From positions 4,781-68,780 of the forward strand of contig JAHISK010000055.1 in NCBI GenBank assembly GCA_018818105.1: a stretch of DNA of 64,000 nt, read 5' to 3'. Below, in pieces: positions 36,001 through 44,714 of this stretch (position 1 is the first letter of the stretch; each line of letters opens with the position of its first letter). The notes below the pieces were generated by a model that saw only the letters and a list, made by a program, of their open reading frames with translations, was not told where the DNA came from and ran no database searches. The DNA is from Candidatus Omnitrophota bacterium (GTDB lineage: Bacteria > Omnitrophota > Gorgyraeia > Duberdicusellales > 4484-171). Position numbers and translations under genes: made by a program.

Positions 36001-36291
36001 CATAGATAACGCTTCCCGGGAAATTGAGCTAATCTGTTTAACCCCGCTTATCGCCCCGCCCGATTCTTCTAAAATTTGAGATATTAAACTTTCAACTTCT
36101 TCCGGGGCCGCCCCTTCATAGGGTGTCAAAATTGTTATTTGAGGATACGATATGGAAGGAAATAATTCCTGAGAAAGGCGGGACAAAGAAACCATTCCCA
36201 TAACTACAACCGCTAAAAAAATCATAGCCGTAGTAACAGGGCGCATTATGAAGATACTAATCTTTTCCAGTTTCTTTCTTCGGTCTTTCAT
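33034..36291 (-). CDS. RND (AcrB/HAE1 family) transporter, subunit 1
   Basis: MRPVTTAM, GMLVDNSIVVLENI, GIVVNNGIVLVD, RLRPILMT; start moved to MKDRR because the upstream MTHDPCPL is translated heptamer repeat. Confidence 0.95.
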   Translation of the reverse strand: MKDRRKKLEKISIFIMRPVTTAMIFLAVVVMGMVSLSRLSQELFPSISYPQITILTPYEGAAPEEVESLISQILEESGGAISGVKQISSISREALSMVMVRFDWGTNMDLAALEVREKIDLVKERLPRDCGEPIVMKYNPFEKPVIVLSVTGKESLLELREVCERQMKDDLEKLKGVAAAVITGGVGREILIEVDQSRLQASGLSLLDLGSVIKKSNINYPAGSIKGSFYEHLVRTIGEFETLDEISELTVLVDVPETEEEQRERQLGIKDELQEKTARLVRLSDIAQVKNVAKEKESISRHNGVENISISIKRQSGANVIDVCERVKEEVYRMNKNPSLDVKLDIAYDESVYVANSIKGVRNAAIGGGVLAFLVLLVFLRNLKISLIIATAIPISIMGVFILMFSRNISLNMISLGGLALGVGMLVDNSIVVLENIFRRQQERSKQDKKLSKQEALSLVSQASFQMKGAIISSTLTTVCVFFPMMFLSGIAGQLFKQLAFTVTFSLVSSLLIALMLVPMLSSLGGGIKESKDGQAKVDLLFNGIDNLYRRLLSKTLDNKAILVFVVIGLFLLSLVILKTVPSEFLPRLDQRQFIIKLTMEPGTSLEVTDNAVRMVEEVLLNEIKEVKDVSIKVGSDKDNPTEKAVQTLASYEGEIMVKLYSYKELKEKEAVSLFSTQDVIQRLRDIMKEKHLIGAQLEYVLQESVLKEAFEDKPIQIEIKGENLLQMGDVADQIKKELSSIKGVYSIEDDRVPSSPETKIYILKDQASLLGLSTQDIALTAHTAIKGRVFTKFKEDVTHPIDIRVRLQEEDRKNLSRIRSLGIRTAYRNVMVPLYQVARLAKGRGPTEIKRIDQRRTISVNANLYGRSVSEINTQLTGIVEKLNIPLGYNVGLSGESVRMRESFNSMKFAFLLAILLIYMIMAAQFESLWQPFIIMFTVPLSLIGISVALKLTSTSLNVVALLGAIMLGGIVVNNGIVLVDYMNHLKKKNLPLKEVILEASQHRLRPILMTTFTTVLGMIPLAIGIGEGSELRAPMAITVIGGLLSSTFLTLLFVPVLYDSVTAFINRGKGQGARVKEEEYRDG

Positions 36292-36303
36292 AAAAATATT
36301 TTG

Positions 36304-36663
36304 TAGGGTCAAGGGGCAGGGGTCATGGGTCAAAGAATTAGAAAGCTAACCAATCCTTTCACCAAAAACCTAATTTTATATCTAAAAACGAAACTAAATA
36401 CCCCTTATTACAACTTAATATCTATTTTAAAGATAAAAACAAATATTGAAAGATATTTTTATCTCTTACCCCATTTTCTTATCTTGATTTATCTTTTTCT
36501 ATCTCCCCTCTTCATCTATGGACTATGGTCTATCGACTATGGACGAATTATTCTCCCTTCTCCCCTTTCTCTAACTTTGCTTTCTCCTTAACCTAAAACT
36601 TAAAACCATTTTTCCTTGCCCCTTGACCCTTCTTCTCTTAATTCTTCCTTGACCCATGACCCA
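36304..36663. repeat. Empty AAGGGGC inverted heptamer element with internal TGGACTA repeats
   Basis: agggtcaaggggcaggggtcatgggtc (36305-36331) versus ccttgccccttgaccc...ccttgacccatgaccc (36614-36662). Confidence 0.7.
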
Positions 36664-36778
36664 TATCATTTACCATTTATCATTTATCATTTTAAATTAT
36701 TATATATTTTTCCTCTTAAGCAAATGCTAATTTTAAAATGTTAATTGGTAAATTTAAAATTTCTATCCCTTGACCCTC
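36649..36778. repeat. ATTTACC heptamer element, about 130 bp, duplicated at 44559-44707
   Basis: Shared catttta aattatta.atatttttcctcttaagcaaatg.taattttaaaatgttaattggtaaatttaaaatttct...ccttgaccct. Confidence 0.85.
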
Positions 36779-36780
36779 TT

Positions 36781-38631
36781 TTACATCTGCTCCACCATCT
36801 CCACATACTCCTGCCCCCAATCTTTCACTAAATCACCAAAATTATCCGAAATAAAACTTTTTAATTCGTCAGGGTCTTCATTAATAGGAATGCTTACTTC
36901 ACCAAAACTTTGATTATCCACTATCTTTTCTAGAGCTTGAACTTTTAAACTTAACATCCTAAGATAAACTTTACCTAATTCTGTATCTAAATCAATTAAA
37001 TCTTGCTGATACGTTTCTTGAAACTTATCAAACATATCTAAAACTTTACCATTTTCACCCCACTCTAAATAATTCTGAGCTTGACTACGCATAAAATTAG
37101 CGTCCGCGGCAGCAGCATCAACCTCTGACGCGGTTATTGTGAAATCTATATCATCTACAAAAGTAATCTCAATCAAATAAATATCTTCTTTATTCAAAGC
37201 GGCCGCGGATAATCCATAACTTGCTCTAGCAAACATTTCAACTCCGGCTTTATTCATTGTTTTATATTCCTGAATAACATCATAAATCGTACCGGCAACA
37301 TCCTCAGTTGTATGGAAAAAATCCCGTAACTGCTCAACATTCATATCCTGAACTTGATAAAAACATACATACCTTTCCTGCAAAAGACTATCCCCTATCT
37401 CAAACACCACTTTATCTCCGTCTTTATACATATCATTAATCCAATCCTGATTAAATTCATTAACTTCCAAACCTATGGAATCCATCCCTCCCTCAACAGT
37501 ATATGATATATATTTACCTGAATAAACCGATTCCCCGGTAGCTGAATCAAGACTAAGCTCCCAAGCCTTCACATGTAAACTTCCTTTCCACTCATGAACC
37601 CAACTGGCATATTCAGTACCATCATCATCAATAACCCCCTGTTCAGCTATGCCGAACGCATTATGTTTTTCATAAGTTCCTTCAAAATAATTTATCACTT
37701 TAACTAAATGATGATTCTCCCAAAGATAGGTTATCTTTAACGCCCCAAACCTATCCCGCGTCTCATACATTTCGCTTCCCCACTTATCAAACTTGGTAAC
37801 ATCACCGTCAACCATTTCATACTGAAACATTTTTCCGTCTTTTAAAATAGGATTATCCTCCTCATCAACAACTAAAATACTTATCTTCTCAATTCTCAAT
37901 AAACTATCCCCTTCCTGCCGCCAATAAGCTACTAATTCTCCATCCTTAGACCCTTTTCTTTCTTCTATGGGACTGCCGTTATTATAGCGTTTCCAAACTT
38001 GAGTGGCAAGATTATGCTCCCAATATCCTGTTCCCGACTGATCATATTCATAGATATGCGTAATATTATGATGGCTATCATTCCTTTCCATAAGATTATT
38101 TCTCCAGTACCGTTCATATTCTAAAACATCACCCCATTCATTCGTCACCCTACATTCAATTACTTTACTACCATTCTGTTCCCCTACCGCATACCAATCA
38201 TATTTCCTTATCGCGAGTTTCTCATCAAGACGCCATCCATTAGCCTCAAATGTTTCCGCGTCCATCTTAAACGCTTTTTTACCGCCTCTAAACCGAATAA
38301 CATCTCCATTCCGTTCAATCCGCAACTCAGGTTTACCATTAAAATAGAAAGTTTTGTTACCATATTTATCAACAATTATTGAAGGATATTTTGACGCGAT
38401 TTGAGGAATTTGAACGTTTAAAGGATAAGCCACTTCAGCATAATTACTTATTTGTTTCCACTGCGGTATTATACGGGGATCACCGGGATCAGTATGAAAA
38501 GCGGACCCGGGAAGAACCATCATGTCTTGAGCAAAACTTAGTAAAGGAAAAATAACGATAAAGACAAAAAGTATTCCTTTAAAATACTTATTGAAATTAA
38601 TTCCTTTTATAATTTTTTCTATATGATTCAT
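36781..38631 (-). CDS. Secreted YD/RHS-repeat-like protein
   Basis: Signal peptide ILFVFIVIFPLLSFA after MNHIEK (38631); repeated NEWGDV, YEYDQSG, FDKWG, DRFGA-type turns. Confidence 0.75.
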   Translation of the reverse strand: MNHIEKIIKGINFNKYFKGILFVFIVIFPLLSFAQDMMVLPGSAFHTDPGDPRIIPQWKQISNYAEVAYPLNVQIPQIASKYPSIIVDKYGNKTFYFNGKPELRIERNGDVIRFRGGKKAFKMDAETFEANGWRLDEKLAIRKYDWYAVGEQNGSKVIECRVTNEWGDVLEYERYWRNNLMERNDSHHNITHIYEYDQSGTGYWEHNLATQVWKRYNNGSPIEERKGSKDGELVAYWRQEGDSLLRIEKISILVVDEEDNPILKDGKMFQYEMVDGDVTKFDKWGSEMYETRDRFGALKITYLWENHHLVKVINYFEGTYEKHNAFGIAEQGVIDDDGTEYASWVHEWKGSLHVKAWELSLDSATGESVYSGKYISYTVEGGMDSIGLEVNEFNQDWINDMYKDGDKVVFEIGDSLLQERYVCFYQVQDMNVEQLRDFFHTTEDVAGTIYDVIQEYKTMNKAGVEMFARASYGLSAAALNKEDIYLIEITFVDDIDFTITASEVDAAAADANFMRSQAQNYLEWGENGKVLDMFDKFQETYQQDLIDLDTELGKVYLRMLSLKVQALEKIVDNQSFGEVSIPINEDPDELKSFISDNFGDLVKDWGQEYVEMVEQM

Positions 38632-38716
38632 TTTGTCTTCTTCCTTAGTAATTATTAGGACAGACTGTTCTCTTTTAACTGATCCCCATACAGCTAAAAG
38701 CATGGAAGGGAAAAAG

Positions 38717-38744
38717 AAAAAGAGGGGGATAGCCCCCTCTTTTT
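38717..38744 (-). terminator. Intrinsic terminator after the first gene of the cluster
   Basis: Minus strand agagggggctatccccctct followed by a U tract. Confidence 0.7.
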
Positions 38745-38759
38745 CTAATGTTTTCTTTA

Positions 38760-41700
38760 TTACATAAGTAAATCTTGCCAACCGACATGAGCTTGAAAAT
38801 CACCGCTGTTAAACCCTAACATATACACGTATACGCCAACACCGGAAGCATCACCTTCTCGCGCCTCGCTCTGTAACCCGTAACATGTTAACGGATTTGC
38901 CGCCGGATCTGTTAACGTATTTTGTATTTGAGTAACAGCTTCTGCTCTCTCATATCCTTCCACATACCGAAAATCTACTGTAATTTTACTTACTAATACA
39001 GCTTCCGGGTTCTCTTCCTCATTATAAAACTGTTTTACTGCCGGTTTTTCACCCGCCGCTAAATTAGCATTACAATTAGCGATTTCAGCATCAAAGGCAT
39101 TACGTTGATCCTGAGTTATTAGATTATTCCACCAATACTGATCCACATGAACCACATTCTCTATATCAGTCCAATACCATACCGCAGCATCAACCCTTAT
39201 CCGATCTAACCCGTTAGCCGGATCTTTATACTGTTCTAAATTTGAACTAGTTAACGCAACCCCCTGCTCATCAGTAACCCCAAGAACATATGATGTATAC
39301 GCCGGATCACCACCGTCTTGAATAGCCATTGCTAACTGATCCAAATTAATACTCAATATCTGATTCTCCTTAGGTAATTCCTTGGTAAAATCTTCACCGA
39401 CAAGATTAACATTTTTTAAAGTACCTTGCATGGAAACTCCCGAAATATAAACGTTCACTTTTGCTAAATTATTCAGAAATGTTTGGTCATAAGTTATCTC
39501 TGCCGCGGCAGAATCCCTCAGTCTTAAAAAATCAGCCTTTACAATAGAAGCATCATACGCAATAACATTATCATTATTATATTGAGTACTTTTTACTCCA
39601 TTAGTATCGACTGTTTCTTCCCCAATCCATAGCCTAATCTCGCCGTTCTCTTCTAAAAAATTCATGCATATTCTTTCTCCATCCTCACCAAAAAATCTAG
39701 TGTCAGATCTATTCAATACAACACCCTCCGGATTACCGTTAACAAGGTTAAATAAAAAATCAACTAACTCCCGCTTATCTTCCATACTCATGCTTTTCAA
39801 CTTACTCCGAGTACTCGCATCTAAACAATAGCTTGTATGGTAATCTTTTTTGTCAGCTATATAATTTATAATAGCATCTATATTCTCATCTGTAAATTCA
39901 AGATTACCATAAATAACACTCTCTAATGTATTGTTTTCAGCGGCATTGGTTTTGCCGAACATAATATGCGTAGTCCTTTCTCTGCTAAGACTAAGACCTA
40001 CTTCCGGAGCAAGAGAGCATAATGTATCAGCGTAAACCGCTTTCGCATTATCTAGATCTTCTTCTGTTAAATTAGGATTTAACATCCACTCATAACGGCT
40101 GGCACTTGTCTCATCACCTACTTCAACCATTACTTTTTTCTTATAAACTTTTAAATAACCTTTGTATTTACCGATAACTTCTCCTGTTGCCACATCTAAT
40201 TCAATCTCTTCAATATTAATATCAGCGATTGTCTCAATATCACCGCCTAAACCTATAACCATATACTGATATGTCCCATCACTAATAAGGCTTCCCGCTA
40301 AAAGGCCATTCACTCCAAAAAGTTCTTCTAACCGCTGATCTAATCGGCCTAAAAGAAGATCTAAGTTCGTAGGGACATAATCTATAATCTCTATCATCGC
40401 GACAGCAGTATCTTCTATACTCAAATACTCATGATGATACGTATTTGGATCTATAACATCCCCATTCTCATCCAAATAAATAATTGTATCTACCCCTCCA
40501 GCAAAATATCTTTGCCTTAAAGATCTAATTTGAAAATCCGTAAGTTTAACCGCATTAAGTTGTCCGGACCTTGCGCCCCATACATGCAACCGTTCTAATA
40601 TAACTGAATAATCCGCATAATTATCACCTGCAGTGCTAGCATCAAAAAGCGTATATAACTGATAATATATCGGTGTTTTATTGCCGTCAGCATCAACTAC
40701 CGCTACATTAGTTATTATATTTTGTTCCAATATTTCCCGATCGGCAGACGCAAGCCTATCTACCAACTCATTGACCGACTCTGCATCTTTAAAAAACGCG
40801 TCTACATCATTTAGTTTATTCTTAATAATAGCTCGAGCACGATTAATCGATGTACCTTCAGCATCTGTATCACTATCATTAGCAAGCAACCCTAACTTCA
40901 TAGTACTATCCGGATACGCTGGATCATCATACCGATAATCCATAATCGCATTAACTACAGCTATAAATTGCTCTGCTCCGGCAAGATTATTCAAATATGC
41001 ATCTAACCCGCCGTCACTTACAGTATTCGGAGTTACCGCATTTATCGCATCAATAATCATATTTTCATCCGCATGCATCGCCTTTATTGCCTCTCTTAAA
41101 TTTCCTATCTCTACGAGATCCTCGCTCGCAATAATACTTTCTATTAAATATTCTATGCTGACAAGCCCCAACGCCTGTTTTCTTACGTCTTTAATATCAA
41201 CTATAATTTTTTGCTCATTTGATCCTGTTAAGCAAAATTGTCCATCAATAAATTCTAAATTAATAGCATCCGGCCCCGCTTTTATAAACAAATCGTTAAC
41301 CCACTTGACAATTTTATAATCATTTGGCGTATTATCTGATAAAGCTATTCGGAAAGTGGGTTGTCCAAACTCATCAAATAAAGTCCATACATTGTTCATT
41401 TCTATTGATCCATCTTCATTCATAGTAAAAGAAACACTATAAATAGGTTTATTCCCTTCATAAATTATTGTTGCAATTTTATACATAGCTCCGCTTTCTG
41501 CATCCCAAATAAAAGTAAAAAGAGTTTTACCTCCCGGACTTGTGATATATTCCCCCTTATTATTAACAGTTAAGCTTACATCCCCGCGGGAATCCTTAAG
41601 CTGGATAGAATTCAGACTATTAGTATTAAGATCATTTAAAGCACGCAAAATACCCCCGGTTTCTATATAAGCCCCTATCATTCTAAACGCCGTATTCTTA

Positions 41701-41789
41701 TCAGCGCCGCTCAGCGTTTCCGCATCCACGCGTATCCCAAAAGAACAAACTAACCCAACTAACACAAAAAGTTTAAACATCCTACTCAT
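38760..41789 (-). CDS. Large secreted acidic protein of unknown function (about 1009 aa)
   Basis: GGAGG RBS before MSRMFKLFVLVGLVCSFGIRVDA (signal peptide); long open frame. Confidence 0.85.
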   Translation of the reverse strand: MSRMFKLFVLVGLVCSFGIRVDAETLSGADKNTAFRMIGAYIETGGILRALNDLNTNSLNSIQLKDSRGDVSLTVNNKGEYITSPGGKTLFTFIWDAESGAMYKIATIIYEGNKPIYSVSFTMNEDGSIEMNNVWTLFDEFGQPTFRIALSDNTPNDYKIVKWVNDLFIKAGPDAINLEFIDGQFCLTGSNEQKIIVDIKDVRKQALGLVSIEYLIESIIASEDLVEIGNLREAIKAMHADENMIIDAINAVTPNTVSDGGLDAYLNNLAGAEQFIAVVNAIMDYRYDDPAYPDSTMKLGLLANDSDTDAEGTSINRARAIIKNKLNDVDAFFKDAESVNELVDRLASADREILEQNIITNVAVVDADGNKTPIYYQLYTLFDASTAGDNYADYSVILERLHVWGARSGQLNAVKLTDFQIRSLRQRYFAGGVDTIIYLDENGDVIDPNTYHHEYLSIEDTAVAMIEIIDYVPTNLDLLLGRLDQRLEELFGVNGLLAGSLISDGTYQYMVIGLGGDIETIADINIEEIELDVATGEVIGKYKGYLKVYKKKVMVEVGDETSASRYEWMLNPNLTEEDLDNAKAVYADTLCSLAPEVGLSLSRERTTHIMFGKTNAAENNTLESVIYGNLEFTDENIDAIINYIADKKDYHTSYCLDASTRSKLKSMSMEDKRELVDFLFNLVNGNPEGVVLNRSDTRFFGEDGERICMNFLEENGEIRLWIGEETVDTNGVKSTQYNNDNVIAYDASIVKADFLRLRDSAAAEITYDQTFLNNLAKVNVYISGVSMQGTLKNVNLVGEDFTKELPKENQILSINLDQLAMAIQDGGDPAYTSYVLGVTDEQGVALTSSNLEQYKDPANGLDRIRVDAAVWYWTDIENVVHVDQYWWNNLITQDQRNAFDAEIANCNANLAAGEKPAVKQFYNEEENPEAVLVSKITVDFRYVEGYERAEAVTQIQNTLTDPAANPLTCYGLQSEAREGDASGVGVYVYMLGFNSGDFQAHVGWQDLLM

Positions 41790-41955
41790 ACTACCGTACC
41801 TCCCTCTTTTTTCTACAATATTATTATTCTTATTATTACCTACTCTCTGTTTTCTCATCCTTCGTCCTTCTTCCCTCATCTCTCGTTTCATCTTCATCCT
41901 CCCCATATTTATTTATATCTATTATCTCCAATCTCCCATCTATAATCTGCCATCT

Positions 41956-42113
41956 AAAAAAAAGCCGGGTCACCCAACTTTTCTGTTCGGCAACCCGGCT
42001 CCTAAATACGTAGAAACGCGACTAAAAATACTTTAGCAATCACATTTCCACTATCTACGCCGTGGCTTTCCCCTCTTACTCTAAACGAATAAGAAGAGCT
42101 TTTTCGTAGAAAG
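41956..42113 (-). ncRNA. Divergent GEMM/c-di-GMP-I-like element with terminator, proximal copy
   Basis: ...GGGGAAAGCCACGG...AGCCGGGTTGCCGAA; terminator gccgggttgcc...ggtgacccggc followed by a U tract. Confidence 0.65.
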
Positions 42114-42212
42114 TCAAAATTAACTTATTCCCTTCAAAGAACCTTTATTTCACCCACTTACCACCTCGTAGGTGGTAAGTATCTGCTATCTGAAATCTCC
42201 CATCTCCCATCT

Positions 42213-42376
42213 AAAAAAAAGAAACCGGGCCACCTTCTATTCGGCAGCCCGGCTAAACTAAATGTAGAAATGCGCATGTATCTAAGAGAAAAACCTCCCC
42301 TCATCAACTGCTACCTTCTACTCCCGTGGCTTTCCCCTCTTACTCTAAACGAATAAGAAGAGCTTTTCGTAGAAAG
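42213..42376 (-). ncRNA. Divergent GEMM/c-di-GMP-I-like element with terminator, distal copy
   Basis: About 53-nt 5' core nearly identical to the proximal copy; AGCCGGGCTGCCGAA; terminator ...ggtggcccggt followed by a U tract. Confidence 0.65.
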
Positions 42377-42809
42377 AAAACTAAGAAAAAAATAGCCCGA
42401 CTAAATAACTATTTTCCTCTATTATAATAAAGAACTGTTAAATTCCTAATTACCCTAATTGTTAAATACTTATTGAAAATATTGATCTTATGCCTCCCCT
42501 TTGGCATGTTACACATATATACCATATATTTACCATATTTTTCAAGCTTTTCTAGCATTTTTTTTCAAAAAATTCATCTTCTTTCATAACTATTTGATAA
42601 TCAACCAGTAATGAACCTCAAAAATAGAGAATTTTTATATTTATTTTCCCGTATCTTTAAATAAAGCATATTTTTCACGCATATTAGCCTCTTCGGTATA
42701 AAATAGTTCCCTGCCCCCCTTTTTCAAAAAAAAAAAGGGGGGGGAGGAGATAGTTGTGGTTTTTCCATCTTTCACGATATCTACAAACATTCACCCAACA
42801 GAAAATTAC

Positions 42810-42863
42810 TTGACAAACACCCTAATGTAAGATATATTTTACACATGTAAACAAAAATTTACA
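42810..42863 (+). promoter_or_regulatory. Promoter with two TGTAA-N8-TTACA operators
   Basis: TTGACA (42810), 17-nt spacer, TATATT; palindromes at 42826-42843 and 42846-42863. Confidence 0.75.
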
Positions 42864-42868
42864 TAATT

Positions 42869-43498
42869 ATGCAAAAACTACTCGACAATATCTTAAATAC
42901 TCCGGTAAAAGTGAAAATATTACGCTTGCTCACCTACAGGCCCCCCACTTACTTAGTCTCTGGACGAGAAATTGCCCGATTAATACATGTTAGCGCGCCC
43001 ACCGCGCATGCCGCGCTAAAAGAATTATATAATACTGATATTTTGCAATTAGAAATCATTAGCAGAAACCATATCTATCGGCTAAACATAAAGAATAGAA
43101 CCGTTAAAGATATTATTATTCCTATGTTTAAAAAAGAGGAGTCTCTAAAACAGGACATTATTACTTTTATAAAAAAACAGATTACATCTAACAATATAAA
43201 AAAGAACATTATTTCCCTCATTCTCTACGGAAGCTTTCAAACAGAAACAACCACTGAAAAAAGCGACATCGATATAGCAATAATTGCTGAGTCTAGCGCG
43301 GCTACACAAAAAATCGAAAAAACATTCAGTAAAGAGATAACAGATAAATTTCATGATTATTTCGGTATTCATCTCGATATTTACATAAAAACTAAAGAAG
43401 AATTTATAGAGCGGCTCAAGAAAAATTTACCGCCAGTTTCGACATTAATAAAATCTTACTATATAATTTATGGTAAAGATCCTTTGGATTTAAAATAA
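42869..43498 (+). CDS. HTH-fused minimal nucleotidyltransferase (MNT) antitoxin
   Basis: SGREIARLI HTH; LILYGS...SDIDI. Confidence 0.88.
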   Translation: MQKLLDNILNTPVKVKILRLLTYRPPTYLVSGREIARLIHVSAPTAHAALKELYNTDILQLEIISRNHIYRLNIKNRTVKDIIIPMFKKEESLKQDIITFIKKQITSNNIKKNIISLILYGSFQTETTTEKSDIDIAIIAESSAATQKIEKTFSKEITDKFHDYFGIHLDIYIKTKEEFIERLKKNLPPVSTLIKSYYIIYGKDPLDLK

Positions 43499-43499
43499 A

Positions 43500-43907
43500 A
43501 TGTCTCCTAAAAAAATTAAAATACGACAAGAAGAAAAATCAGCAGCGGCAGATTACCTTAAAAAAGCTGAAGATAATCATGCTGAAATGATACTTGCGTT
43601 ACAAAATAAAAATTATAACGCGGTAGGAACATTAGCCATACAACGCGCTATCTCATCCGCCGATGCTATCTGTGTTTATGAAAAAGGAATAAGATCTATC
43701 TCTGAAGTCCATCTTGATGTATGTGAACTTTTAAAATCTCTGCCCCTTCCAGACGCGAAAGATAAAAGTAATATTTTAAAACGGATTATTGCCAAAAAAA
43801 ATATCATCCAATATGAAAGGCGAAGTATTTACGAAAAAGAAGCACATGAAATAGCTAAATCCGCTAATAGACTTTATCAATGGGTTATTATAGTGCTGAC
43901 AAAATAA
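43500..43907 (+). CDS. HEPN domain protein, partner of the MNT
   Basis: YLKKAED...AISSADA...H...KKNIIQYE; translationally adjacent to the MNT. Confidence 0.82.
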   Translation: MSPKKIKIRQEEKSAAADYLKKAEDNHAEMILALQNKNYNAVGTLAIQRAISSADAICVYEKGIRSISEVHLDVCELLKSLPLPDAKDKSNILKRIIAKKNIIQYERRSIYEKEAHEIAKSANRLYQWVIIVLTK

Positions 43908-43954
43908 CATTTAAATATATTGCGAAAAATATACCCTTGCATTACAATAAAAAC

Positions 43955-44545
43955 ATGACAAAAAAAATAATAAAGATCATCCTCGACACCAGCATATTCG
44001 TTAACCCTGACTCCCGGCACTTTTTCGGCAATAAACCCCATGAGGCCCTCGATAATTTCTTAAGTTTAGTTAAAAAAACAAATCACATAACCTGTTATAT
44101 CCCCCCTTCTGTATATGAAGAACTGATGAAATTCATGGAAAAGCCTATTTCTGCTAAAAAAGCCATACTTATCAATAAAAAACCGCCAGCTTCTTATAAA
44201 ACGCCGATACCAGCCCTTTTTCTATATGAATTTATTGAAGAAATGCGGCAGCGCTTAAATAAAGGCCTGCGAATTGCCGAAAAGTACGCCCGTAAAAGTT
44301 CCGGGGGCAGTAAAACAACCCCTCACGATAGCATCATTAAAAGCCTTCGTGAAGAATACCGAGTAGCTTTACGGGAAGGAATTCTCGACAGTAAAGAGGA
44401 TTTTGACTTAATTCTTCTTGCTTATGAGCTCGGCGCTCACTTATCTACTTCTGATAACGGCCTCATAAAATGGGCGCAAAAACTAGGCATCCCCTGTCTA
44501 TCCGCGGAAGAACTGAAAGAAATAATCAATCAGACTGAAGACTAA
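43955..44545 (+). CDS. HARP protein-only RNase P (PIN domain, 'RNA ligase partner' family)
   Basis: ILDTSIFVNP, RLNKGLRIAE, YRVALREGILDSKEDFDLILLAYEL, SDNG..KWAQKLG. Confidence 0.9.
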   Translation: MTKKIIKIILDTSIFVNPDSRHFFGNKPHEALDNFLSLVKKTNHITCYIPPSVYEELMKFMEKPISAKKAILINKKPPASYKTPIPALFLYEFIEEMRQRLNKGLRIAEKYARKSSGGSKTTPHDSIIKSLREEYRVALREGILDSKEDFDLILLAYELGAHLSTSDNGLIKWAQKLGIPCLSAEELKEIINQTED

Positions 44546-44558
44546 ATCTTTTCTTCGT

Positions 44559-44707
44559 TGACCCATGCCCCATATAATTTACCATTTACCATTTACCATT
44601 TACCATTTACCATTTACCATTTTAAATTATTAAATATTTTTCCTCTTAAGCAAATGATAATTTTAAAATGTTAATTGGTAAATTTAAAATTTCTGACCCT
44701 TGACCCT
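44559..44707. repeat. Second ATTTACC element with an expanded heptamer array
   Basis: (atttacc)x6 plus the core shared with 36649-36778. Confidence 0.85.
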
Positions 44708-44714
44708 TTTTATA

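Noticed and set aside
36325-36591. 88-aa plus-strand ORF
   Set aside because: Translation of AT-rich and heptamer-repeat intergenic DNA (YGLWSIDYG)
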